Assembly (NCBI GenBank): GCA_002269645.1 | Contig: NIVC01003692.1 | Span: 1 to 64,000, forward strand | DNA length: 64,000 bases | From: Macrostomum lignano | Lineage: Eukaryota | Direction of reading: 5' to 3' | Part shown: piece by piece, positions 12,696 through 38,078 of the stretch | How positions within the stretch are numbered: position 1 is the stretch's first letter | How the letters are laid out: each line of letters begins with the position of its first letter | Notes under the pieces: generated by a model | Database searches by the model: none | Seen by the model: the letters and a program-made list of their open reading frames with translations, nothing else | Told to the model about the DNA's origin: nothing | Made by a program: the position numbers and the translations under genes

Positions 12696-15600
12696 GCTCA
12701 AGGCCTAATGCTGACTCTGTTCGTAGTCATTTTCCTGCTACTGTTGGACGAAGATTCAATTATTGGCCGAAAGCTGACGGACAAAATGGCCGAGGCTCAG
12801 GAGAAGAAGTTCTACTCTGTTGTTGACCTACTGAACAACAAAGCCAGCGATGGGGCCTTCGTTACCGTGTTCATCAATGTGCTGCAAGTTATGGTGAGCT
12901 CTGTGCACTAATAATAATAACAATAATAATTGATTACACCTGCCCTAATGGGCCAGATGGGCCGCTATTGCGCGGCGCATCTGAAGGCTGCGTACGGCTG
13001 TTCAGTCCAAGGACTGGGGGGTCGCCACACACAGCCTCAATTACCCCAGCTAATGCTGGCACCCATTTTACAGCTGGGTGAACTGAAGCAATGCAGAGTT
13101 ACGAGCGAAGTGTCTTGCTCAAGGACACAAATTGTTGGGGAGTGGGTCGAGAATTGAACCCCCGACCTTGCAGTCGTGAGTCCGACGCTCAAACCACTAG
13201 GCTACAGCCCCTATTCACTAAAATTACTAGAAATTTCAAGTACTGAATTCCAAATGTAAACGTATTTTGTTAATATTTGTTATTCTGCATAGCGCTGAAT
13301 ACCAGTCTTCACCAGTTAAACAACTTGCGAGTTGCGCCTCCAATGAATCCGAGGGTCCATGCTTCAGGCATGATGCGAACACGCGTAATGCATAGAAGCT
13401 GGCCGTCATTAGCGTGAATCGCACGACATGGTCTTTTTGAAGTATTTGAAAACAAAGCGTTATCTACTAAAATCCACGTAGGATATATACGTACAATGTA
13501 AATTGGGGTTATATGTACATTAGTGGAGAGCAACTGTGGGACAATGGGGCTAATTTTGCCTTGGTAAAAATATGTTGCAATACAATTCTCGTCCGTTTTT
13601 ACTGACTCAAAATTACTTTGCAGCTTGGCTGTTGCGGCGCCCGCGAGGTCGGAGACATTCGAAACAGTTCGAGTTGGCAATCCTCCAACCGTGGCCTTGC
13701 CGAGCTGCTAAAATTGGACAAAAACAACTCTAAAGACGAGAGCTCGGGCATTTCCAGCATGTTTAAAGGCATCATGAGCGATGATACCGGGAAGAGTTCG
13801 ACTAGCACTGTGCCAGACTGGCTAAAGTGAGTTGCCTGCGAGTGTGCGGCTTTTTGATGACTGAGAGAATGAGTAAGAGCTCAAGTGAGTAGGTTTGAGT
13901 AGTGAGGCCCGAATGACAGGTGACAAAGTTTCCGCATTGTCAGTAGTTGGTCTGGTTCCCACATGCAGCGTCCACTAGGATCGTACTGTGAGGTCAGTCC
14001 TGCAGTCCGAGGCCCTGCCTGACTGTCACCAACAGACAGCGTATCTTGTTGTTGTTGAGTAGTGAGTGACTTCGTGACTAGCAATCTAGTGCCCCACTTC
14101 GGGGCGCTCAATAAGCAAGGAGCAAAAATTATTCAAGCAATCCATTAAAAAAGCACATTTTCTTAAGAACCAATTGCTTCTTCAGTTTTATAAATCACTT
14201 TATTCAAGTAAAATTGTCACGGACAAAGATGCTTGCTATGAATCTCTTGCTTCTAAAAGTAATAATCTTGCTTCTAAAAGTAATAATCTTACTTCTAAAA
14301 GTAATAAACAGACACAAAAAATATAGCCCTCACAAAGATAACAGGCATTCCCTCTAAATCGAAAGCATCCCCCAAGTCCGCAAGCATCCCCCCCCCCCAG
14401 ATATCAAGCATCCCCCAAAAAGCAAGCATCCCCCAGATAGCAAGCATCCCCCAGATAGCAAGCATCCCCCAGATAGCAAGCATCCCCCAGATAGCAAGCA
14501 TCCCCAGATAGCAAGCATCCCCCAGATAGCAAGCATCCCCCAGATAGCAAGCATCCCCCAGATAGCAAGCATCCCCCAGATAGCAAGCATCCCCCAGATA
14601 GCAAGCATCCCCCAGATAGCAAGCATCCCCCAGATAGCAAGCATCCCCCAGATAGCAAGCATCCCCAGATAGCAAGCATCCCCCAGATAGCAAGCATCCC
14701 CCAGATAGCAAGCATCCCCCAGATAGCAAGCATCCCCCAGATAGCAAGCATCCCCCAGATAGCAAGCATCCCCCAGATAGCAAGCATCCCCCAGATAGCA
14801 AGCATCCCCCAGATAGCAAGCATCCCTAGATAGCAAGCATCCCCTAAATCGTGAATTGGTGAGTTCGTGAGTGACTGCCATAGTGAATGAAATCTATACT
14901 CGTAGTCAACAGTGACACCCGGGTGGTTCATGGGTGAGTTTATCACATAGCCGGCACCCGGAACCCGCAGGAACCGCATCCCGCCCGGAGCCACGCTGCC
15001 CCCGAATGTGAACTTGCCCGACAAGATTCCAGACGGCCTGGTGATCCCTAAAGATTTCAACATCACAGACTTGAACATTTTAAAAAATGTCTCGGCTATT
15101 CGACAGTTCTTCGAGGACACCCTGGTGCTGCTGACGCCCATCTCGTGCTGCCAGTTTAAGGACCAGGTGAGGCCCTTGACCTACGAGTAACGTCAGGGGT
15201 CGGCAAACTCCGGCCCGCGGGTCAAACTTGGCCCACGAGGCCTCTCTATACGGGTCTTTTGAAACTTCACAATAGCAATCTGTCTCGCTCAAGGCTTAAG
15301 TCTCTTCTCAGCTCTTTTTCTCTTCTCTGCTCTCTTCTCTCCACGTCTTTCGCCTCCTCTCTCCCTGCTCCTCCTCTCTCCCCGCTCCTCTCTCCCCGCT
15401 ACTCTCTCCCCGCTCCTCTCTCCCCGCTCCTCTCTCCCCGCTCCTCTCTCCCCGCTCCTCTCTCCCCGCTCCTCTCTCCCCGCTCCTCTCTCCCCGCTCC
15501 TCTCTCCCCGCTCCTCTCTCCCCGCTCCTCTCTCCCCGCTCCTCTCTCCCCGCTCCTCTCTTATCTTTCCACTCTCTTCTCTCTTCTCTCCTCTCTCTTC

Positions 15601-17849
15601 TCTCCCCTCTCCCCTCTCCCCTCTCCCCTCTCCCCCCTCGTCTCTCCTCTTTCCTCTCTTCTCTCTCCAAGCTCCTCTCTCTTCTTTCCCCTCTTCTCTT
15701 CCCCTCTCCTTTCTCTCTCACCTTCTCTTATCTTATCTTTTCTCTTATCCCTTATCTCTTCTCTCATCCCGTCTCTCATTTCTCCTCTTATCTCCTACAT
15801 TTATTTCTCATCATCTATTCCCTCTCCTTTCCTCTATCATCTGGCCCTTGAGACAAAGACTGCTAAAACGATTGCTATTTGTGAAGTTTCCAAAGGACCC
15901 GAGAACCGGATATAGAGGCTTCGCGGGCCGGAGTTTGCCGACCCCAGGCATGTATAATCTTAGTTGGCTTGAGTAATGTATCCCAGAAAATCAGTATGGT
16001 TATACTGATGCAAGCTAAGCACTAATTTAACGGAAACTATTCTCACACAGGAGGCGATTTTCAAGCTCAAACCGAAAGAACTCGTGGCGAACATGAAAGA
16101 TCCGGACTGTCCGTTCTCTCCGCACAATGGCCCCGGAGTTCACACACAGGTAAGAGCTCATGAAAGAGTATTGTGTGTCTAGGATATACAGTCCTAGCCC
16201 TGCTGTGATTGGGTAGCCGCTCTGAGCTCTAGCACACCCTGCTAGCTGTGATTGGGTAGCAGCTCTGAGCCGGTATCATTGTAATCATTAAAAAGTACAT
16301 CTCGATTTATTTTATTGTTTTGCAGACCTGCTACAAGAAGATCGTTCAAATTCTTAAGGGCTATTCTGCCGCGATCCTCATTGCTGGGGTGATCATCGGC
16401 CTGTTTATGGTAAAGCTGCTGAATGAAGCTTCATGCCAACCTGCCTTTTGCGAGTAGTTCAGGGGCCGGCAAGCTCCGGGCCGCAAAGCTTCTCTCTCCC
16501 CCTCTCTCTCCTCCTCTCTCTCTCCTCCTCTCTCTCTTCTTCTCTCTCTCTCCTCTTCTCTCCCCCTCTCTCTCTCCTCCTCTCTCTCTCCTCCTCTCTC
16601 TCTCTCTCCTCTCTCTCTCTCTCCTCTCTCTCTCCTCCTCTCTCTCTCCTCTTCTCTCCCCCCTCTCTCTCTCCTCGTCTCTCTCTCCTCCTCTCTCTCT
16701 CCTTCTCTCACTCTCCTCCTCTCTCTCTCCTTCTCTCTCTCTACTCTTCTCTCCCCCCCCTCTCTCTCCTCCTCTCTCTCCTCCTCTCTCTCTCCTTCTC
16801 TCTCTCTCTCCTCCTCTCTCTCTCCTTCTCTCTCTCTCCTCCTCTCTCTCTCCTCCTCTCTCTCTCCTCCTCTCTCTCTCCTCCTCTCTCTCTCCTCCTC
16901 TCTCTCTCCTTCTCTCTCTCTCCTCCTCTCTCTCTCCTCCTCTCTCTCTCCTTCTCTCTCTCTCCTCCTCTCTCTCTCCTTCTCTCTCTCTCTACTCTTT
17001 TCTCCCCCCCCTCTCTCTCTGCTCCTCTCTCTCTCCTCCTCTCTCTCTCCTTCTCTCTCTCTCCTCTTCTCTCCCTCCTCCTCTCTCTCTTCTCATCTCT
17101 CTCCTCTTCTCTCTCTCCTCCTCTCTCTCTCCTCATCTCTCTCTCTCCTCTTCTCTCTCTCCTCATCTCTCTCTCCTCCTCTCTCTCTCCTCCTCTCTCT
17201 CTCCTCCTCTCTCTCCTCCTCTCTCTCTCCTCCTCTCTCTCCTCCTCTCTCTCTCCTCCTCCTCCTCTCTCTCCTCCTCCTCTCTCCTCCTCTCTCTCTT
17301 CTCCTCTGTCTCTCCTCCGCTCTCACGTCCTCTCCCATATTCTCTTTCTCTTCTTCCCTCTCCTCTCTTCTACTGCATCTCCACTCTCTCCCCTCTGCTC
17401 TCTCCTCTCTCCCCTCTCCGCTCCCCCATCTCCTCTCTCCCCTCTGCTCTCTCCCCTCTCCTCTCTCCCCTCTCCTTTCTATCCTCTCCCCCATCTCCTC
17501 CCTTTCCCTTTACCTTTTCTCTTTCTCCTCTCTCCGCTCTTCTATCCTCTTATCTTCCTATTTTTTCTCTTATCCCGTCCCTCGCCTCTTATGCCTTTTA
17601 TCTTTTATCCTCCATTCCCTCTCCTTTCTACTCTCATCACACTCGCAGCCATGCGCTGGATTCCTTGTCTGGTTATTGATGTGAAAAAAACTTACCAACC
17701 CCTAATACAGCAAATTCGTTTGCATTGACGGCGTTTTTTTAGAAGAAAACATCGTTTTACTACTGTTAAGTAGAAATTTGGAACTCCATTTTTTCAACTT
17801 TCAGTCGTGCAACCTCAGCCTGGCATTCAGTGTCCTATTCTGCGGCTAA
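12696..17849 (+). CDS. Tetraspanin, 5'-incomplete (TM3-EC2-TM4). Exons 12696-12893, 13624-13826, [optional 14913-14933], 14971-15166, 16051-16149, 16326-16409, 17805-17849
   Basis: Phase-compatible GT-AG exons give TM3 AQGLMLTLFVVIFLLLL, INVLQVM|LGCCGA (CCG motif), TPISCC (PxSCC), DPDCPF, TQ|TCYKK and TM4 AAILIAGVIIGLFM|SCNLSLAFSVLFCG*. TM1/TM2 exons were not located. Confidence 0.85.
12909..13211 (-). mobile_element. tRNA-derived SINE with V/Meta-like core and (TTA)n tail, in a tetraspanin intron
   Basis: Minus strand: ggggctgtagcctagtgg (A box), ggttcaattc (B box), core gtgtccttgagcaagacactt and cttcagttcacccagctgtaaaatgggt, ending in an att/tta repeat at 12909-12930. Confidence 0.8.
14365..14845. 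repeat. 18-bp minisatellite agatagcaagcatccccc, ~26 copies
   Basis: Direct tandem array in a tetraspanin intron. Confidence 0.96.
15194..15947. mobile_element. hAT-type MITE with CT-rich interior
   Basis: TIR caggggtcggcaaactccggcccgcg from 15194 versus cgcgggccggagtttgccgacccc(ag) at 15922-15947. CAGGGGTC termini are typical of hAT/Charlie elements. No matching 8-bp TSD is visible. Confidence 0.75.
16490..17640. repeat. CT-rich low-complexity/microsatellite tract
   Basis: (CT)n/(CCT)n mosaic filling the last tetraspanin intron. Confidence 0.97.
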
Positions 17850-19058
17850 ACAAGCTGGTCTGTCTCAGATTGACGAGAAAATTATATAACTCGGGTTTTT
17901 AACACTTTCTTTCTGGCATGTTGAATTGGTATTTTTTGTACGGTGGCAATCTTCTGAGTTTAATGATCCGCTTCTTGAATGGAAATTTGCACACACCTTC
18001 CAAACTTCCAAATTTGCAAACACTGTTTTAAATAAACACTCCATTCTAATAGCTCTTGCTCATCGGGAACTGGTGTGCAAACGGTCACAGTTTAAAGTAC
18101 AGTGGATAGGGCACGCAATTTGCTGTACTTTTTCAATGCTGCTGCGCGACTCATTTTGTCTCCTCTCCTCTCCTCCCTTTCCTCTCCTCTCCTCTCCTCT
18201 CCTCTCCTCTCCTCTCCTCTCCTCTCCTCTCCTCTCCTCCTCTAATTTCATGCCTCATCTCATCTTATGTCCTCTCATGTCATATTATGTTATCAAATGA
18301 AACCCTTTTTGTCTCGGCTGAGCTCGTATAATGTAACGTTTGTCATGCCATGTGGTGTCAGCTTACTGAATTATTCTTTACTCTTGTCTCTTCCGTTCTC
18401 ATTCGCATACTCAATTGCATGGTTGATGAAAAAGCTTTTCAACATCATTGCAGAACCAATCGTTTTATAATTAATAATTAAATTCGGAAGCAAATTGAAG
18501 TCAGTAAAAATGGAACAGAGAAAAAATGATAGTCCAATTTGGACTCAACAATGAGCCCCATGACTCAAGCAAGTTTTGGCAAGCGGTTTTTTACATGGCA
18601 ACAGATGCATACGTCATATGGTAGCCGGGATAGAAAAAACCTTTTCTGCATTACTGATTTACTTGGTACTAAAGTAAGTTAGCTAGGCATATTTTAACAA
18701 ATTTGGAAGATGCAGTGAATACTGATGTTTAAATTTGGAATCAAGTAAAATATGAATTCAAGCATAGTCACAAAATGGAGGTGGTTGTAAAATGTCGGAT
18801 TTGTTAAATGTCGGTCTTGTATAGTGTCGGTGAACCCGGCCCCTCATCTGACCCGCAATAAAAACTGGATTACAGGGATTGTAGTCGTTTCTTACCTGCC
18901 TCCAGTTGAAATGAATAGCTCACCTATAGCGATTGCATTGAGCAGCAAAATAAAATGAACTTGATGAGAACTAAATCTAGCATGCCAAAAGCAAATTAAA
19001 ATTGATAACAACTGTCCTATTGCAGAGTTTGTCAGGTGTAGCTGCATAAATTTGCAAC

Positions 19059-32371
<13,313 letters not shown>

Positions 32372-35300
32372 TCGGCAGAACCTCTCTCTCTCTTTCTCTC
32401 TCAGCTGCGACGTCGGCCGTTCGCTTGAACTGGGACGCGCAGCAGTTGCGTGTTGCCGATTGCTCCTTAATTACCGAATATAATATTGTAAAGAAAAGGC
32501 GCTAGCCAGCCTCTGTCGACCAAATTACACGTTTTTCTGCTCTCCTAGTTCCTTTTCTTACAGCGTTCAAAAAAAGGCAGCCGCGGCCACTCAGAGAGCG
32601 CTGGCAGCGACGATTTTCTTACCCAGCAGCAGCCGATCGAGAGCCAAGCTTCTTTTGCTGGGGAAGGGGGGGCTGCGGCGGCCAACCCCGCCCCCTCAGC
32701 CAGGGCTATTATTTGGAACTGCAGAGCAGAGTGAGCTGAATGGAGTCGGGGCAATTATGAATGAATGAATGAATGAATGAAGTAGCGTGCTGCTTTGGTT
32801 GCATGGCGAAGAGGACAGAAGAAATTCAAGTAGAGAATATGAGTAGAATATGCACCGCAGTGTGGGCTGCAGAACTCTTATCGCTAATATTAAATGCTAT
32901 ACGGCACATGTGCCCTATATTCTGGATGTATAAAAATTCTGTTTGAGTGCAGGCTGAGTTCTTTGAGGTGAGCAAGTCCCACCCCGCCATCCAGCTGCCA
33001 TCATCTCAGCTATAGTACCTATCAGTTATTATATAGTAATAGCTATATTACGAGTATACAAGCTTGCGGCAGCGCAAAAGGCATATATGAATCATTGTAA
33101 TTTGAGAGCCTCGCGTGGTGTGAATGTAGTTGCCTCCAAAATGGACGAAAAGTTCTGCCGGCTAAAGGGAACTATTTTTGGGGATACCATATCGAATTTG
33201 CTTCGCATATATAAGGTTTCTGGTTTCTGTTAGTTCTGTTAACGTTGTTACGAATCAACACTTATTGTAGCAAATGCTGCGCACGCTGCATGCTGCATCT
33301 TATAGTTTTGCAGCTAGGGGTCCTAAATCATCTTTGGTATCTGGTTTCACTCAAACAACAATTCTATACAACTCACTTCATGTTGTCTTTATATGCGAAC
33401 AGAACAGAAAATTCACTGTATACACGCAGAACTCTACTTGTAAATTCAACTTTCCCACAGTGCGTACATATGTTACATGTATGCAGGAACACGCAGAACC
33501 ATTTTGGAGCAGGAGCAAATTTGTTATTTTGAAAAGCTATAAATGGGCACCACAGCCTGATTCTGCTAGAAAAGGAAAGCCACTGAAATTCTGTACACTG
33601 TAAGTTATCCAGTATTGATCAACTACAGGCAATTAAAATACTTTTATTACTCGTATGTACTGTACGTCGTACAGTACACTGCAGAATGTATGTTTAGCAC
33701 GTAAAATGTTTATTACATGAGTAAGAGTATAGTAGCTTACATAATAAAATAATATTTTAATTTATATGCTATATCGTGCGCTCTACATGTACATTACATG
33801 TATAGTTTAACGGCAAAACCGCGTGCATTAAATAAAACGTTAACAATTTAATTTTAGATCTAGTACGTTTGCTCATGGTTAATTGCTTTACTTTGTTGTA
33901 CATTACAGCTAACAACAAATCGACACGTATTTCGAAGAAAACATCGTCAGCCGCTTCAACGTCATGCGGCATTGATAAACAAGGAAGTTATACTTTTGCA
34001 TTACGCGACGTCTCTATAATATAATAAAGTAATTTTTAATTACGTTATTTTTACGTTATTGTATTTTTAATAATGCCCTGAGACGTATCCAATTTAATAA
34101 CTATATGATCCTCTAACAAGCTCGATTCTACAAAATTCGTGAATAAAAAATAATTACTGGATCGAATCGTTTCATAATTCACTTTTCATGAATTTTTCGG
34201 TTCAAATTTTTGGTCCTAAAATTAAAATTACATGTAAAAGCAAAGGAAAAAGGGTTTGCGTGCTCTTATATTTTATGAATAGTGTCATTAGGCGTTGTTA
34301 AAGACACTTTAGTCTCACTAAAAGTACTATAATTAAATCTAAATCCTGTGATTCTAGCCGCAGCCACTCAATTACAGACACATGTACATGTATTATGGCT
34401 GGTTTGCATACCAGCCATACCGCCTGGTTGCATACCGCCTGGCCCTGCAGGGTCAAAATAGTACAGACGACAGCCATAAGTAGCATGCTTCGCAAGTACT
34501 TTTTAAAGTATAGACTGATTACGAAATAAAAAAATTGCCTTTGGCATTGAAGGCATCAACTATCCATATGTACCCGTATACAGACGACAACAAGCACATT
34601 TGAGCTCTGCAGGTTAGTTTGCTCGTGACATCGTAAGTTTTCGTGAATGACAATTATTTAAATATTTCGTTTCGGAGAAAATCTAAGTTGAATGAATTAT
34701 TTAACAACTAACAAAAAATAAATTAATTATAGGCTATAGCCATAGGCCTACAAAACAGTGGAAGGCAAGACTACTAACGCATTTTATTAGTTTGGGGCTC
34801 TGAGTCATTTTCAAACTGAATACAGTTAATTAAACCAAGTAGCTTTAGTTCAAGCAAAACTAGCATTTGACATTGAAATGAGTTGAATTTTAAGAAATGA
34901 ATTATTATAGCTAACGTAACTGTAATGAATAATAATTGGGTTTTGGCTATAGGTATACTTAGAGTATAGGCAAACTATGGCTTTTAAATTAATATATTTC
35001 TTTAGCTCAAGCTGCAATATAAAAACAGCTTTTTGTGTTTTTAGCTGCTATTATTTTATATTATAGTATTTTTGATCTAGTCTACTTAATAATATGCAAG
35101 TCAAAAAAACTATATATACATAGACCTATAGCAGCTGCAGCTTGCAGTAAACTGCTACTAATTCTTGGACATCGATAGGCCTAACAACCAATTTAATTGT
35201 TAGAGCAACAATTTAATGCTTTTAAAGGGGATAGAATAGAAGTATTTTAAGACTCTACTCTAGTTGGTTGCATATTGCTCCAAATTGTTTTATCATTCTA

Positions 35301-35920
35301 GAAATAAGTACTACTTAGGCCTATCGCAATATATTGTAAAATTATTTTCATTTTTATCTATGCAACATTAAAGCATTGAAATCATAAACTAAACTAAGCT
35401 CTCCCTTTAAAACAATAATAAGTTTTACTCTAAACTATTAAATTGATTGTTATCTATAGCCAAAACTTTGATAATAGTTGGCATGGTTTCTGCCAATCGG
35501 CATTAAATTATATACTTGCTACATTAAATAGATTGAAAAAATGTTTTTTTTTAAAAGAAAAATGCTGATGTTTTATTATATTTGTCATAGTATATCATAG
35601 CTATATTCATAATAATAGGCCTAGCAAAGCAATAAATAGGCAAGAGTTTACACTAATTACACTAATTATTGTTAACTAGTTATTTTCATCCTATTGATCT
35701 ATTTTATCATTTTAATGTAAATTTGTTCGCTTTTGTTTTTTTCTATAAAAAAATAAAACTAGGCCTAATTGTATGACTATTTCCATATTTGAAGCTATAA
35801 TTTAAAGTAATTCTTTGTAGGCATGCTTATATCTACTATCCCTATTGGAATAAATGTTAAAAACCCGTAGACGCGCGCTTTAGAAAAGAGTCAAACTATT
35901 TTACCGCGCTTTAGGATTAT

Positions 35921-36238
35921 TAGAGATGTTCCGAAAGATCTGCAGTTTCGTCGAAATCAAAATTCGCTAACTTTCCAAAATCAAAATTGAAATTTCCCGA
36001 AATCATAACTCAGAAAAACAAAGTTTAGTATGATCAACACTCACTTTTTTACTTTCAATTTACTGCTTAAGCAAAAAGTAATACATGTATATGTAGTAGA
36101 ATTAGAAAGTAGTTTATTTTTAGCGACTTTTTAGACACTACCAAAATTTTCACTTCTAAATTTTATTTCGAAATTGAAATTCGCTCTAAAAAATTTCAAA
36201 TTTTGGAAAATTGAAATTGAATTTTCGGAACATCTCTA
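35921..36238. mobile_element. Small hAT-like MITE (318 bp)
   Basis: Perfect 16-bp TIR TAGAGATGTTCCGAAA / TTTCGGAACATCTCTA. The 8-bp flanks aggattat and agcttaat match at 5/8. Confidence 0.65.
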
Positions 36239-38078
36239 AGCTTAATAAATTACGAGTGTATAAGCCCCTTCAACAGAGGTATTATACCCATTTCCATGTA
36301 TATGTATTTGCTAGAGCAGCAGCCAGTAAGAAAGGGCAGCGCGCGCAGGCGCTGCGCCTGTGCGCGCGCTGCGCTTTAGAAAAATTTCAAAAGTGCGCCG
36401 GACACCGTCCGCGGTTTTACAACTTTTTCCTATAGGGTCTACTATCTATATTATATAAGTGCATTATCATTTTGTCTACCGGTAGACAAAACAACTTTCT
36501 AAAAAGAAAAAGTAAAGTATAGCTATATAGCTTATAAAGCTTTTTTTATAATGAGATATTGCAAGTCATGCAAAGAGTTATTGTGAGATGTCTTTTTTGT
36601 ATATATAATTTTGTTTATTGCAACATTTCAAAGAAGCTTTATATTTAATTTAAATATCCATTGAAAAAAGTTTTGTGCTTTAGACAGTTAGGGAATCAGA
36701 AAGCAGAGTAGTTTGTAGTTGAACATGATTGTGATTGGCTGGCTATTGTGATCCTTGGCCTACCCCTACCCCTATCCAATGGTGATAACACTAGAGCCCA
36801 ACTGGGATAGGAAAAATCTGATTGGATAGGATTGAATTCAAAAAGTTGGGACTTAGGATTGGTTAGGATTGGGATCAAGGTCTACCATCAGCATCCAGGC
36901 TTATTAACTAGGTATATGATAGCTAATGGTGCATTTATTACTATAATATATAGATAGGCCAGTAGGCACATTTATTAATTCTTATTAGTAGGCCCTATCT
37001 AATGTAGGTGATATTACCACTACTATATTAGCCTAAGTTGTAGTTTAGTATAAGTTGGTACTACTAAAGCATAGAGCCCAGACAAACTCAGGTTTTGGTC
37101 AAGTCGAGTACTTGACCAAACCTTGGGAGTTCAAGCTGAGTAGGCTATTCAAGTCAAGTTTTGTTGAGCAATTGAGTAGAATGATTCAAATTTGGTAGTT
37201 ACATGTGTAGTGAATTTCAAGTCTCAACCTTGCTCTATTTGACTATTGTCATATTTTTTGCACAAAACTTTATATTTTTCATTTTGTTGATTTTTCTCAT
37301 AATTATAGATGATCAAATAACACCTTGAGCATAAAATTGTGTTTTTCAATCACTTTGTTTGAATAAGTTAATTGATTCATTTACATAAACATATTCTAGG
37401 AAATCAAAATAACCTCAAACTAAATAAACAAATCAATTTGGCAAATTTGCCTCATTTAGTCCTTTCAAAATTGCTTCTAAACAATTTTTTTGGTATACTT
37501 AAAATGTAAAAACTTTTTATTAATCCCACGTAACTCCTGACACTTACTCCCAACATGGTCAGGAATCTGAAAAAAAACACACAGGTCCCAACCAAGTTGG
37601 GATTGGGATCCTGGTTGGGCTTGGGCTTGGGATTGGGATCCTAGTTGGGCTTTAGATAACACATTTGCTGTCCTGTTGCAGAGTTTATTCATAATAAACA
37701 AAACATTAGTATATAGGTCAAGTCCACATTTGGTTGGGTCTTTTGGGTAATAATATTTTTAGATACAATTGTTCTTTTTTAAAATGATTATGTTATCTTT
37801 ACTTTAAAGTATTTTAAAGATATACAATCCAGATATTTCCTTTTAATATTATATACACATGGAAACTGATATCATTTTTAATATTTTGTTGGCAGACAAA
37901 ATGACTGTCAACTATATTATAGACTGCCATAGTATCCTATTGCCATAGCTATATTTATGGCATAAAACTTAAGCATATATTTTATTATCTTTTTGAATCT
38001 TATAGTTGCTCTAAAAAGAAAATAATAGTTAGTTTTCAAATAAATTTCTACTTTATTGGATACTTTTAGTGGTCCAGA

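Noticed and set aside
13140-13211. tRNA gene
   Set aside because: The tRNA-like head lacks a complete acceptor stem and continues into a SINE core and tail.
16361-17728. Long Leu/Ser- or Arg/Glu-rich ORFs
   Set aside because: CT microsatellite low complexity inside an intron.
33656-33678. 23-bp palindrome tgtactgtacg-t-cgtacagtaca
   Set aside because: Isolated and short, with no associated structure; could be chance in repeat-rich DNA.
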